Source of the DNA: a phage
Sequence record: PZ452591.1
DNA length: 64,000 nt
Direction: 5' to 3' (one strand)
Numbering within the stretch: the stretch's first letter is position 1; each line of letters begins with the position of its first letter. Below the pieces are notes generated by a model. That model was not told the DNA's origin and ran no database searches. It was given only the letters and a program-made list of their open reading frames with translations. Position numbers and translations under genes: made by a program. Shown in pieces: positions 39,213 through 48,483 of the stretch.

Positions 39213-40228
39213 TGTGTTGCCTCTACATATAGCTGATTTGCATATTGAATAAGTGCTTCACGATCAGAATCAGTGATGTCTGGAATTGCATTAATGTATT
39301 CTTCCATCAACGTCTGAAGCGATTGAACTTCAACTTCTTCACTGTCATCTGACTCGACAGAGTTATCAATCTTTGACACAACTCGTAATGAATGCACAAC
39401 TTTTTCTAGTTCAGATTCGAACTTCGTCAGATTTTTGTCTACTTCAGTTACTATAACACATACTGATAGATTTGTAAAATCTTTATAGTCAATTTTTCCT
39501 TTAAATGGATAATGAATTCTACGATGCCAGGTAGTATTGTTTGGAATAAATTCCATTCGTTCTGTTTCTGTATCAAACATCCAGAACCCACGAGGGTCAT
39601 TCTCGTCACCTGCAGTTAGTGTCCATGGTGTCCCAATATATCTGACGTTTGCAGCCTCAGAAATAGTATGGAAGTGACCAGACCACACTTCTTTATAAGT
39701 CTTAAGGAAATCAGGTTCAAGACCGTGAGATTTCATTCCTTTATAAAAATAAAATCCATTCAGTTCCCAGTGACCGACACAAAAAGAAGCAGATGAAGTT
39801 TTGATGTGCTCAAGAATTTCACCAGTATTTTCTTCGCACATCCAAGGAATCAAATCAATCAAACATCCGTCAAAATCTACTGTAGTAGGCTTATCATATA
39901 CTTTAACATTAGGATATTTAGCCAAAAGCTCAGTAGAGGCATTTGGATGCATTACATTTTTATAGTGGAGATCGTGATTTCCTACAATAGTATGTAATGT
40001 AATTCCAGCATCATCAAGCGTTTGAACTATTTCACGGGCGAACTCCATAGTTTTGTGTGTGATTGCTTTTCGCACATCAAAAATATCACCATATTGAATC
40101 CAGGTAGTAATTCCATTTTTCTTAGAATATTCTATTGCTTGTTTAATTCCATCAATTTGAATACCGCGAATCCACTCATCATCAGCTTTAACGCCTAAAT
40201 GCCAATCACCTAAATTTAAAATTTTCAT
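39209..40228 (-). CDS. 47: gp47 recombination nuclease subunit (Mre11/SbcD-like, 339 aa)
   Basis: Phosphoesterase motifs GDWHLG, GNHD, GHxH. Confidence 0.9.
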   Translation of the reverse strand: MKILNLGDWHLGVKADDEWIRGIQIDGIKQAIEYSKKNGITTWIQYGDIFDVRKAITHKTMEFAREIVQTLDDAGITLHTIVGNHDLHYKNVMHPNASTELLAKYPNVKVYDKPTTVDFDGCLIDLIPWMCEENTGEILEHIKTSSASFCVGHWELNGFYFYKGMKSHGLEPDFLKTYKEVWSGHFHTISEAANVRYIGTPWTLTAGDENDPRGFWMFDTETERMEFIPNNTTWHRRIHYPFKGKIDYKDFTNLSVCVIVTEVDKNLTKFESELEKVVHSLRVVSKIDNSVESDDSEEVEVQSLQTLMEEYINAIPDITDSDREALIQYANQLYVEATQ

Positions 40229-40365
40229 ATATCAAGAACCGTCATTGAAATGCAAAATAAAATTATTGAAATAAATCCATCTGGAGTACTAAAGAACCCA
40301 ATCCAACATGCTCTAGTGAATAGATAAAATGCAAGAAAAAGTATCACATATCCAAGAAATATCAT
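40225..40365 (-). CDS. small membrane protein (46 aa)
   Basis: ATGA overlap with gene 47 start; MIFLGYVILFLAFYLFTRACWIGFF... Confidence 0.35.
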   Translation of the reverse strand: MIFLGYVILFLAFYLFTRACWIGFFSTPDGFISIILFCISMTVLDI

Positions 40366-40391
40366 TATATCAAACTCCGTATAAAGCTAAA

Positions 40392-40403
40392 GGGCCGAAG
40401 CCC
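40392..40403 (-). terminator. CUUCGG-type hairpin directly after a-gt stop
   Basis: GGGC-CGAA-GCCC. Confidence 0.4.
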
Positions 40404-40404
40404 T

Positions 40405-41607
40405 TTATTTTGTAATAATGTCAAACTGTTCTTTAAAGCAGAAGCTTGAATCTTGATGCTGATACAAAAATTCATATGCTTTTTCTCGCTCACGGTCATA
40501 AAGAGCTCGGTCAGATGACAGTTCTTTAATACGTTCAAATGTTGATTCCATGTCATTTTCATCAAACCAAATGATACCGCTATCATGCGAGGTCAAAGGA
40601 GTATTATCAACACGGAATTTCAAATTATCACCCGTTGATTTCCAGAAAACAGGAATTGTACCGCAAGCACCTAATTCAAGATGAGTATATTCGAGTGAGC
40701 GTTGTAAGTATTTCTGGTTAAGTTTACTCAACTGATATCCAAAGCCAGATTTACTCATTCGTTCAAGCATTTCACTATTAATATAACAATCTAGGATTTG
40801 TGCCGGTTGATTCGGCGCGAGATTCATTTTATCAATCTCACGATTACCGTAATATTCATACGGAATACCTTTTTCCTTAATTGCAATAAAAGCAGGGGAA
40901 CGTTCAAGACCTTCCATTACAGTGGATTTACCAGCAGGTTTTAAGAATTTTTCGTGAAAATCAAACATCTGGTAAAAACCTTTCCATGTAGTCGTACGAC
41001 CAATCCAACGGTTGATATTCATGTTAATTTCAGAAACATCTTTCCAATAAGTTGACCGAACCTTCGCAATATCCATAGGAGGCTGAAAATTATATACTGT
41101 TGGTGCTTCTTCAATATCATCAAACAGAGAAACAGTTTCTGGATACCATTCTTTCATCAGAACTTTATTAAAATCGCCATTATCAGAATGACTAAAAATA
41201 ACATCAGCTCGACGAACAGTTTCTTCTAATCCCAAATTTCGACGCAAAGAAAGAACAGAATGATCATGCTGATAAACTACAACACGAATAGAAGGTTTAA
41301 TATTATCTAAAAGTTTTTTATAGTTATTAATCGTGGCTTCTTGAACAGAAGTAGCAGGAACAGAATTAATAATTAGAATATCACAATCATTAATCAGTTT
41401 AAGTGCTTTATCGTATTCTTTAGCTAAAATAACTGGAATTGAAAATGATTTGTGGTCATGAGAACTTGTACGAGTAAATGATTTATCTTTAGCATAAACC
41501 AAAGTTACTTCATGACCATTTTTAATAAACCAATCACGCTGCTCAAGAGAAAATTTAGTTACACCGCAACCTTCAAGACCCCGAGCCATAAAAATACATA
41601 CTTTCAT
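40405..41607 (-). CDS. a-gt: alpha-glucosyltransferase (400 aa)
   Basis: Protein recognised as T4 alpha-gt; length matches. Confidence 0.9.
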   Translation of the reverse strand: MKVCIFMARGLEGCGVTKFSLEQRDWFIKNGHEVTLVYAKDKSFTRTSSHDHKSFSIPVILAKEYDKALKLINDCDILIINSVPATSVQEATINNYKKLLDNIKPSIRVVVYQHDHSVLSLRRNLGLEETVRRADVIFSHSDNGDFNKVLMKEWYPETVSLFDDIEEAPTVYNFQPPMDIAKVRSTYWKDVSEINMNINRWIGRTTTWKGFYQMFDFHEKFLKPAGKSTVMEGLERSPAFIAIKEKGIPYEYYGNREIDKMNLAPNQPAQILDCYINSEMLERMSKSGFGYQLSKLNQKYLQRSLEYTHLELGACGTIPVFWKSTGDNLKFRVDNTPLTSHDSGIIWFDENDMESTFERIKELSSDRALYDREREKAYEFLYQHQDSSFCFKEQFDIITK

Positions 41608-41659
41608 TTAATATCCTCTTTGTTTTGGTTTATTTTACCAAAAATTTATAAAGCAATAT

Positions 41660-41675
41660 AGGAGCCGAAGCTCCT
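41660..41675 (-). terminator. CUUCGG-type hairpin overlapping stop of upstream small ORF
   Basis: AGGAGC-CGAA-GCTCCT. Confidence 0.4.
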
Positions 41676-41847
41676 ATCCGCATAATACGCCATACAAAGG
41701 CTCATTAGAGCTTCTAAATTTTATGCGCTTATATGTTATAGTTCCTTCTGCTTTAGCTTTATCGTAAGACTCTTTAAAGCGTCTCATCATTTCCTCTTTA
41801 GAGGAACGAATTTTATTATAATCTATTTCAGAAGTCTGGATGTTCAT
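41674..41847 (-). CDS. possible small basic protein (57 aa)
   Basis: Hand-translated MNIQTSEIDYNKIRSSKEEMMRRFKESYDKAKAEG... Confidence 0.35.
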   Translation of the reverse strand: MNIQTSEIDYNKIRSSKEEMMRRFKESYDKAKAEGTITYKRIKFRSSNEPLYGVLCG

Positions 41848-41850
41848 CTT

Positions 41851-42054
41851 TCACAGTTGCCACCATTTTTTGACTTGATAAGAATCAACCCACACTTTCA
41901 TATTAGGGTCTGCTCTTACAATAGGAGGATTAACTTCTTTAATTGAACTATCATGGTATTCTTTTTCAGAAATTTTCACACAAAGATGACCATTCAAAGA
42001 TTCAGTAAATCCTGCATTAATTTTAAGACGCTTGAATTTTACGTGTGTAAGCAT
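41851..42054 (-). CDS. hypothetical protein (67 aa)
   Basis: ORF; ATG at 42054 (track start is TTG). Confidence 0.45.
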   Translation of the reverse strand: MLTHVKFKRLKINAGFTESLNGHLCVKISEKEYHDSSIKEVNPPIVRADPNMKVWVDSYQVKKWWQL

Positions 42055-42340
42055 CAATCATATCCTCAATCTGCGATCTAGTAGTCTTCCAAAGAATACT
42101 AATGAGTTCATCGTTATATGGCTGTTTTAGAATATCCCGACTTTTCTTGATAGCATATTCGTATTGAGCAAAATTATTATTTTCAGCTGCAATCTGAGCG
42201 TGCTTATAAAGACGATTCAGTTCGCGTTTGTTTTTAGACAATAACTTATTTGCTTTTCTTTCTGCTTCAAGACGGTTCTTTTCTTCAATAGAAGAAATAA
42301 GCTTTTCCACTTCATCATTAATTTCGGGTTTATCAGTCAT
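42023..42340 (-). CDS. hypothetical protein (105 aa)
   Basis: ORF. Confidence 0.5.
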   Translation of the reverse strand: MTDKPEINDEVEKLISSIEEKNRLEAERKANKLLSKNKRELNRLYKHAQIAAENNNFAQYEYAIKKSRDILKQPYNDELISILWKTTRSQIEDMIDAYTRKIQAS

Positions 42341-42341
42341 A

Positions 42342-42560
42342 TTATTTCTCTAATATAAAATAAAAATCATCATCTGTTAAATGATACCGATAGTTTAATT
42401 CTACACCATTAGATTTAAAAGCAGTATCATACGGATTTTCTGGATCAATATCAATGTCAAGAGCTAAAACTTCCCTGAGATACATTTTAAGTAAATAGGG
42501 AATAGCTTCAACTTCAGGTATTTCTTCCAAGAATCCGGAGAGGTTAATCGTTAGCCTCAT
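42342..42560 (-). CDS. hypothetical protein (72 aa)
   Basis: ORF. Confidence 0.5.
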
Positions 42561-43101
42561 ATAAAAAATCCAAACTAGGAGAATCGTCTACAACACTTTT
42601 CTTTTCAGCCCCCGGTGTTCTATAGGTTGATTCTTCGTAATGCGTCATTTTATCGTAGATGTCTTGAATAAAAGTTTCATCTACTAACGCAACCATATCG
42701 TCGTCACGACTGTCATAGACATTGTGAACGAAGTAACTATATTTCTTTGCAACTTCCTTACGTTCTTTTTTAATACGTTGGACGAATGCATTAAAACAAG
42801 CTTGAGTTATATACGCATGTGGGTTTTTATATTTCGTTTCATCAAAATTATGAAGCCCCTTAATAGAAGCTTCGATACCATCTGCAATCATTTCTTGTTT
42901 CCAAGACTGGGTGTATCCTGAAAAGTTGAAACGTTTAGATAAGCCTTCTGCAATAAGCATAATGGCTAATCCGATAGTATCATTCTGACGAACTACTTTA
43001 TTTGGGTCTTTATTATTTGCTAATTCTGTTTTCCAATCAATAATAGCTTGTAAAAGCTCTTTATTGTTTACGTAATTATATTTAGGCTTAGTTTCTGACA
43101 T
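42544..43101 (-). CDS. 55: gp55 late-transcription sigma factor (185 aa)
   Basis: Protein from [24 protein letters not shown]... recognised as T4 gp55; GAGGTG SD. Confidence 0.9.
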
Positions 43102-43183
43102 TTTCACCTCTTAGCTCAATTCATAGATCTATTATATCATAATATTTGAAGATCTATCTTAAAGCACAGAGGATGAATCAATT

Positions 43184-43399
43184 TCAAGAATTCATCAGCT
43201 TAGCCGCTCCAAGAGCTGCATCTAGTGAATCAAATTGGTCAACATATTCAATCAATTCGCCGTAATTAGCATATAACCACCATTGGCTAAATTCATACTC
43301 AAGGATGAATCCGTTTCCTTCAATTTGAGTTAAACCAATGCCATTTGTATTTACTTCATATCCAGCAAGACGCAAATCGTCAATAAGAGCTTCGTTCAT
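43184..43399 (-). CDS. hypothetical protein (71 aa)
   Basis: ORF. Confidence 0.5.
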   Translation of the reverse strand: MNEALIDDLRLAGYEVNTNGIGLTQIEGNGFILEYEFSQWWLYANYGELIEYVDQFDSLDAALGAAKLMNS

Positions 43400-43401
43400 A
43401 A

Positions 43402-43728
43402 TTATACCTTAGTAATTTTCAGGTCTGCAAATTTTTTCTTACGTTGATTTTTCATGCGACGAATAGTTTTATCGGAAATTTCATGCTTTTGATAAGCTTT
43501 AGATTCTACACCAAAAGCTTTAACATCAAATTCTGACAAGATATATTGAACCAGCAATTCACGGATAGTATTGCGTCCAATCTTCTGATCATTCTGTTTC
43601 ATCGTCTGATGAAGCTCTTTTTCCCATTTATCCAAAATTTGAGGAGTTACAATATCGCCTTTTTCTAGCAAAGAAACTACTTTATCATATGCGTAAGAAT
43701 TGATGGCGTTTTTAATTTGAATAGTCAT
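43402..43728 (-). CDS. hypothetical protein (108 aa)
   Basis: ORF. Confidence 0.5.
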   Translation of the reverse strand: MTIQIKNAINSYAYDKVVSLLEKGDIVTPQILDKWEKELHQTMKQNDQKIGRNTIRELLVQYILSEFDVKAFGVESKAYQKHEISDKTIRRMKNQRKKKFADLKITKV

Positions 43729-43768
43729 ACATTATCCTCAATTACGTTAAAATTTTATTATCCAAAAA

Positions 43769-43780
43769 GGGCCGAAGCCC
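43769..43780 (-). terminator. CUUCGG-type hairpin plus U-rich tract
   Basis: GGGC-CGAA-GCCC abutting stop of ORF 43781-43981, then CUUUUUGG. Confidence 0.45.
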
Positions 43781-43981
43781 TTAGCTAAACTGTTTGGCAC
43801 CCTTCCAGCCTTCGTACATCATTGCGGCTGATATTAATATTGCTCCTGAGCAACTTGAATATTTGTGATTCCAAAACCAGTTTAGAAAAACTTCATCCTC
43901 AATACCATTGTGTTTCATGTTCTGGAAAAATTTGGCACGTTCTTCAGCAATTCGCTGCGATAATTTAGATTCAGGATTCAT
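43781..43981 (-). CDS. hypothetical protein (66 aa)
   Basis: ORF. Confidence 0.5.
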   Translation of the reverse strand: MNPESKLSQRIAEERAKFFQNMKHNGIEDEVFLNWFWNHKYSSCSGAILISAAMMYEGWKGAKQFS

Positions 43982-44113
43982 TTAAATTTCCCAATTGCCA
44001 TTTTCATCAATAAATTTAATCCAGTCATTTACTGACCACTTAGTTGTATCGCCTTTTGGAGCAACATTTAAAGTGTATAGCCCTTGCTTAAAAAGCATGC
44101 GTTTGATATTCAT
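43982..44113 (-). CDS. hypothetical small protein (43 aa)
   Basis: GAGGAAAAT SD then ATG at 44113; track N-terminus overlaps neighbour. Confidence 0.4.
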   Translation of the reverse strand: MNIKRMLFKQGLYTLNVAPKGDTTKWSVNDWIKFIDENGNWEI

Positions 44114-44120
44114 ATTTTCC

Positions 44121-44414
44121 TCAGCTGTAACGATAACACTCGTTTGATTTACGTTTAGCAACTCGTTGAGAAGTATTATAATCAAAATCATCGTCAATGT
44201 AAACTGATTTTTTCAACTTTCTTACTTCACCGCGTAATTGACGATTTAACTCATCTTTAACTTCTGAATCAATACCTTTCATTCTACGCCATTTATCTGA
44301 GCGAAAAATGTTTTCAACCATATCTTTATGACTTACACCATCAGGAGCTTTACGCTTTCCGAAATAGTCATAATCACGAACTTTCAAGTCTTTACGACGA
44401 TACGTTTTACCCAT
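44121..44414 (-). CDS. hypothetical basic protein (97 aa)
   Basis: ATG at 44414, 4 nt after upstream stop; track start is GTG. Confidence 0.45.
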   Translation of the reverse strand: MGKTYRRKDLKVRDYDYFGKRKAPDGVSHKDMVENIFRSDKWRRMKGIDSEVKDELNRQLRGEVRKLKKSVYIDDDFDYNTSQRVAKRKSNECYRYS

Positions 44415-44589
44415 GGAGTTTAATTTCCTTAGCAACTGAACTAAATGCAGCACGATCGCAAATCATGCGTTTATGTAACTTGAGTATAATATAGCAAACT
44501 TCAAAACTATTTACATGAGTAACACGAACAGCATTACCATTAATGAGATAATACTGTCCCTTTTTAATTTCTTTATCAACTACAACCAT
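44407..44589 (-). CDS. hypothetical protein (60 aa)
   Basis: GAGGAA SD. Confidence 0.5.
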   Translation of the reverse strand: MVVVDKEIKKGQYYLINGNAVRVTHVNSFEVCYIILKLHKRMICDRAAFSSVAKEIKLHG

Positions 44590-44614
44590 ATCAATTCCTC
44601 AAAGGTAATTCATA

Positions 44615-44665
44615 TGTTAATAATACCATGGTTTGAACTTGTTGTAAACAACTTTGTGAAAAATA
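44615..44665 (-). promoter_or_regulatory. early promoter (-35 GTTTAC 44644-44649, -10 TATTAT)
   Basis: Read directly. Confidence 0.45.
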
Positions 44666-44730
44666 TTTTAGGGAATGATAAGAAAGGAACGATAGCTTAG
44701 AATGGTAATATACAGAATGTGAGAAAGAAA

Positions 44731-44744
44731 GGCCCAGAGGGCCC
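44731..44744 (-). terminator. GC-rich hairpin plus U-rich tract
   Basis: GGCCC-AGAG-GGCC(C) after stop at 44748. Confidence 0.45.
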
Positions 44745-44747
44745 GTC

Positions 44748-45071
44748 TTAATCTTCTATGATATCTCTATCATATCCAAGTGAAATGAGAGTTTCTTTGA
44801 AGTGTTTAATGTTCTTTTGTCTAGAATCATTAATGAAAATGACTGGATAACGAATGTTAAGAGATGTGAATCCAGCGCGTTTAGCAAGAGATACAATCAG
44901 TGGACGATCATACTCAATCTTACCATTATTTGTAAGAACTTTATAGAAAGTAAAAGGAGCATTGAGCTCCTTTAGAAGTTTTGTAACTGATTGACATCCA
45001 GGACAACGACCTACTTCATCTGGAATTCCATAGACTTCAATCTTATTCTTTAAGTTCGAGTTTTGTTCCAC
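44748..45071 (-). CDS. thioredoxin/glutaredoxin-fold protein with CPGC motif; start uncertain (no in-frame ATG downstream of upstream gene)
   Basis: ...EVYGIPDEVGRCPGCQSVTKLL...; candidate GTG at 45069-45071 with AAGGA SD; track ATG at 45200 lies inside neighbour. Confidence 0.4.
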   Translation of the reverse strand: MEQNSNLKNKIEVYGIPDEVGRCPGCQSVTKLLKELNAPFTFYKVLTNNGKIEYDRPLIVSLAKRAGFTSLNIRYPVIFINDSRQKNIKHFKETLISLGYDRDIIED

Positions 45072-45354
45072 GAGAAATAATTCCTTGGTAAGCCCAATAA
45101 GGAGGATTAACAGAATCCTCGTCAGAGTTTTCTTCAGGAAAATAAACCTGGATAACAAATCCAGATGCATCAAAGGTAAAATAAACCGTAGGCAGTTCAC
45201 CTAACAATTCGGCACGAGCATTAATTTCTTCGAGATCTCGTTCACGTCCAGCCCAAAAACTAGGATTTAGACTACATTCGTAAAAATAATAGTCATTACC
45301 GAACATGTCAAAACCCTTCCAACTCTCTACCACATACCGCTCAAAACTAATCAT
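45043..45354 (-). CDS. hypothetical protein (103 aa)
   Basis: ORF. Confidence 0.5.
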   Translation of the reverse strand: MISFERYVVESWKGFDMFGNDYYFYECSLNPSFWAGRERDLEEINARAELLGELPTVYFTFDASGFVIQVYFPEENSDEDSVNPPYWAYQGIISRGTKLELKE

Positions 45355-45356
45355 AA

Positions 45357-45572
45357 TTAAGCCTTTTTATCAAGAACAGAATTCAGCTTGTTAGTAATTT
45401 TATCCAGACGCTCATTGAACTCACTAGAAGATAAGCCCTTTTCTGGAGAAATCAAACTAATCACGAAAAATATAGCAATAAAAGGAATAAGGAAAATAGC
45501 TCCAACTGCCATAAACAGAAAGAATGTTACAGTTGTAAGAAAATCAGCTAAACCTTTACGAAATTTATACAT
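45357..45572 (-). CDS. membrane protein (71 aa)
   Basis: Hydrophobic segment FFLFMAVGAIFLIPFIAIFFVISLI. Confidence 0.5.
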   Translation of the reverse strand: MYKFRKGLADFLTTVTFFLFMAVGAIFLIPFIAIFFVISLISPEKGLSSSEFNERLDKITNKLNSVLDKKA

Positions 45573-45581
45573 ATTTTACCC

Positions 45582-45695
45582 TTAATTAATTAACAAAGCA
45601 TTGATAAGCACTAAACTATATTGGGAATAAAATTCTGGACCAAAATGAAAAATCATATCATTTATAGTATCCATAATGTAATTCAATTTAATCAT
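45582..45695 (-). CDS. possible small protein (37 aa) downstream of nrdG
   Basis: ATG at 45695; track version overlaps nrdG by 119 nt. Confidence 0.25.
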   Translation of the reverse strand: MIKLNYIMDTINDMIFHFGPEFYSQYSLVLINALLIN

Positions 45696-46158
45696 GTTTC
45701 CACACCCCATCGGTATTTGACCAAAGTCGCTGATTATCTGATCCTCGCCACAGCTTTTTAGTCGGAAGATTTTTCTCATACTTCCCATCAATAATAACAT
45801 CAACATATTTAAGCATTTCTAGTTGTTTAATATCTTCAAACTTATATCCTGTCCACAACCAAATGCTTTTATTGGGATAAAGATTTTTTACTGTTTGAAC
45901 AATGCAATGAATAACATCTCGATTATCAGGATAGAGAGGGTCTCCTCCAGTTATAGTTAATCCTTCTATATAATCATTATTCAAACATTCAATTAATTGC
46001 TCTAGTGTTTCACCAGTGAATGGAATGCCATTTCTAGCATTCCATGTTGATTTATTATAACACCCTTCACATTTATGCAAACAACCTGTAACGAAAAGAA
46101 CGACCCTGCAACCAGGGCCATTCACAAAATCGCAAGGATAAAATCTATCATAATTCAT
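45688..46158 (-). CDS. nrdG: NrdG anaerobic ribonucleotide reductase activase (156 aa)
   Basis: Radical-SAM-like Cys cluster CLHKCEGCYN; length matches T4 NrdG. Confidence 0.9.
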   Translation of the reverse strand: MNYDRFYPCDFVNGPGCRVVLFVTGCLHKCEGCYNKSTWNARNGIPFTGETLEQLIECLNNDYIEGLTITGGDPLYPDNRDVIHCIVQTVKNLYPNKSIWLWTGYKFEDIKQLEMLKYVDVIIDGKYEKNLPTKKLWRGSDNQRLWSNTDGVWKHD

Positions 46159-47972
46159 TGGTGTTTAACCCTATGCATGATTTCTTTATTTTTACCGAGA
46201 TTAAATCCGCGTTCGTTCGGATTTCCCAAATAACCACATGTTCTTCTTATTGTGTTCATCTTTTTAGGATCAGTTTCTCCACAAATAGAACAAACAAATC
46301 CGTTTTCAGTAGGAGTCATTTCATGGGTACTTCCGCATGTAAAACATTTATCTACCGGCATGTTAACACCAAAATAATCTAAATGTTGTGCAGCATAATC
46401 CCATACGGCCTCAAGACCTTTTAAGTTATTTTTCATATCAGGAAGTTCAACATAAGAAATGTGACCACCTGTCGCAATGAAATGATATGGTGCTTCACGA
46501 GAAATCTTTTCAAACGGAGTAATATTTTCTTCTACTGAAACATGGAAACTGTTAGTGTACCAGCCTTTATCTGTAACATCTTTTACGCTTCCATATTTTT
46601 CTGTATCGAGTTTACAGAAGCGATAACAAAGGTTTTCAGCAGGAGTCGAATATAAACTAAAAGCAAATCCGGTTCTTTCAGTCCACTGTTTAAGATGAGC
46701 ATTCATCTTAGTTAAAATTTCTTGTCCAATATCACGACCGACAAGAATATTCAATTCGTGAATACCAATGTATCCTAAAGACACTGAACTTCTACCGTTT
46801 TTAAATAACTCAATTATGTCGTCATCAGGTTTAAGACGAACCCCAAATGCACCTTCTTGGTAAAGAATAGGAGCAACAGTAGCTTTAACTCCTTTTAAGG
46901 AACTAATTCTACACATCAAAGCTTCAAAACATAAATCCATTCGTTCATTGAACAATTCAACAAATTTCTGTTCATTGAACTGTGTTCCAATATAAGAATC
47001 TAACGCGATGCGAGGAAGATTCAATGTTACAACACCAAGATTATTACGTCCATCAAGAATTTCATTGCCAGTCGAATCTTTCCATACGCCCAAGAAACTA
47101 CGGCAACCCATTGGAGAAACAGGAACAGATGAACCAGTGATAGCTTTATTGTTCTTAGCTGAAATAATATCAGGATACATTCTTTTGCTTGCGCACTCTA
47201 AAGCAAGCTGCTTAATATCATAGTTCGGATCGTCTTTATAAAGATTAACACCTTCTTCAACGAACATAACAAGCTTAGGGAAAATAGGAGTTATCCCATC
47301 ACGACCAAGACCTTTAATACGATTTTTCAGAATTGCTTTCTGAATCATTCGTTCAGTCCAGTCAGTTCCCGTACCAAATGTAATTGTTACAAAAGGAGTC
47401 TGTCCGTTTGAACTAAAGAGAGTATTTACTTCATATTCATAAGCTTGGAATGCATCGTATACGTCTTTTTCTGTTTTAGATTGAGCATAATTCAACGCAT
47501 CAGCGATTTGCCATTTTTCTGCATCCTCAATATGTTTTGCATAGGTGCGTTTAACATAAGGAGAAAGTACTTTATCTACATTCGCAAAAGTCGTTCCGCC
47601 GTATTGGTGAGAAGCAACCTGTGCAGTAATTTGTGCCATAATTGCAGTAGCAACGCCAATTGATTTAGGAGTTTCAATCTGCGCATTACCGAGCTTAAAT
47701 CCGTTCTCAAGCATTCCTTTTAAATCTACTAAACAGCAATTAGTAAATGGAAGAGCAGGGGAATAATCAATATCATGGAAATGAATAATTCCGCTTTCAT
47801 GCGCTTTCATAATAAAAGACGGGACCATATTTTTGGCAATGTGTTTAGACACAATACCAGCCATAAGGTCCCGTTGAGTTGGAAAAACACGAGAATCTTT
47901 ATTAGCATTCTCGTTTAAAAGGTCTTTATTAGTTTTATGAATCAATCCTTCAATTTCTTTTTCAATTGTCAT
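46155..47972 (-). CDS. nrdD: NrdD anaerobic ribonucleotide reductase (605 aa), uninterrupted (no intron)
   Basis: Glycyl-radical C-terminus ...RTCGYLG...; zinc site CFTCGSTH...CSICG; one continuous ORF. Confidence 0.95.
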   Translation of the reverse strand: MTIEKEIEGLIHKTNKDLLNENANKDSRVFPTQRDLMAGIVSKHIAKNMVPSFIMKAHESGIIHFHDIDYSPALPFTNCCLVDLKGMLENGFKLGNAQIETPKSIGVATAIMAQITAQVASHQYGGTTFANVDKVLSPYVKRTYAKHIEDAEKWQIADALNYAQSKTEKDVYDAFQAYEYEVNTLFSSNGQTPFVTITFGTGTDWTERMIQKAILKNRIKGLGRDGITPIFPKLVMFVEEGVNLYKDDPNYDIKQLALECASKRMYPDIISAKNNKAITGSSVPVSPMGCRSFLGVWKDSTGNEILDGRNNLGVVTLNLPRIALDSYIGTQFNEQKFVELFNERMDLCFEALMCRISSLKGVKATVAPILYQEGAFGVRLKPDDDIIELFKNGRSSVSLGYIGIHELNILVGRDIGQEILTKMNAHLKQWTERTGFAFSLYSTPAENLCYRFCKLDTEKYGSVKDVTDKGWYTNSFHVSVEENITPFEKISREAPYHFIATGGHISYVELPDMKNNLKGLEAVWDYAAQHLDYFGVNMPVDKCFTCGSTHEMTPTENGFVCSICGETDPKKMNTIRRTCGYLGNPNERGFNLGKNKEIMHRVKHQ

Positions 47973-48442
47973 TTTAAACTCTTTCTAAGCTGCTTCTTGA
48001 ATGAAGCTATTAATTGTGTTTTGGTGTCAGATTCATTATATTCAAATCCTCTTTGAAGCATCTCGGCCATCATTTCCTCTTTTCCTAAACGAGAAAATTC
48101 CTTTGATTTATCTCCAACAAAGTTAGGGTGAATATTATTTTGGGTGTAATCGGATTTTAAGTAAGTAAGTAAATTTTCTAACCATTCAAGATAATCAACG
48201 CCTTGTCCCTTTAAGCCAGAACGATTAAATTTATGCTTCATTTGACCTTCTGCGGCATTGCATAAATTACAAAGCAATCCACGTACCTTTCCTGCTTTTG
48301 GTCCATTTAATTCATGGTCATGGTCGAGGTGATTAGCTTGAACATCAGGATTTAGTTCTCGTTGGCAAATTAAGCATTTACCGTTTTGTGCATCATAAAA
48401 TTTTTGTTTTTCTTCTTTATATAATTTGCCAGTCAATAACAT
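47969..48442 (-). CDS. 49: gp49 endonuclease VII (157 aa)
   Basis: Protein recognised as T4 endonuclease VII (MLLTGKLYKEEKQKFYDAQNGKCLICQREL...). Confidence 0.9.
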   Translation of the reverse strand: MLLTGKLYKEEKQKFYDAQNGKCLICQRELNPDVQANHLDHDHELNGPKAGKVRGLLCNLCNAAEGQMKHKFNRSGLKGQGVDYLEWLENLLTYLKSDYTQNNIHPNFVGDKSKEFSRLGKEEMMAEMLQRGFEYNESDTKTQLIASFKKQLRKSLK

Positions 48443-48483
48443 AATAAACCCTTACCTTAAATAGATAAGGGTATTTATTATTT

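Noticed and set aside
40365-40586. Nested minus-strand ORFs in alternative frames (40365-40586 in a-gt, 22170-22406 in gene 56, 28718-28918 in the glycosyltransferase, 30994-31179 and 32200-32391 in gene 43, 38273-38536 in gene 46, 52367-52558, 57472-57666, 62756-62941)
   Set aside because: Fully contained in better-supported genes on the same strand, with no SD or coupling signal.
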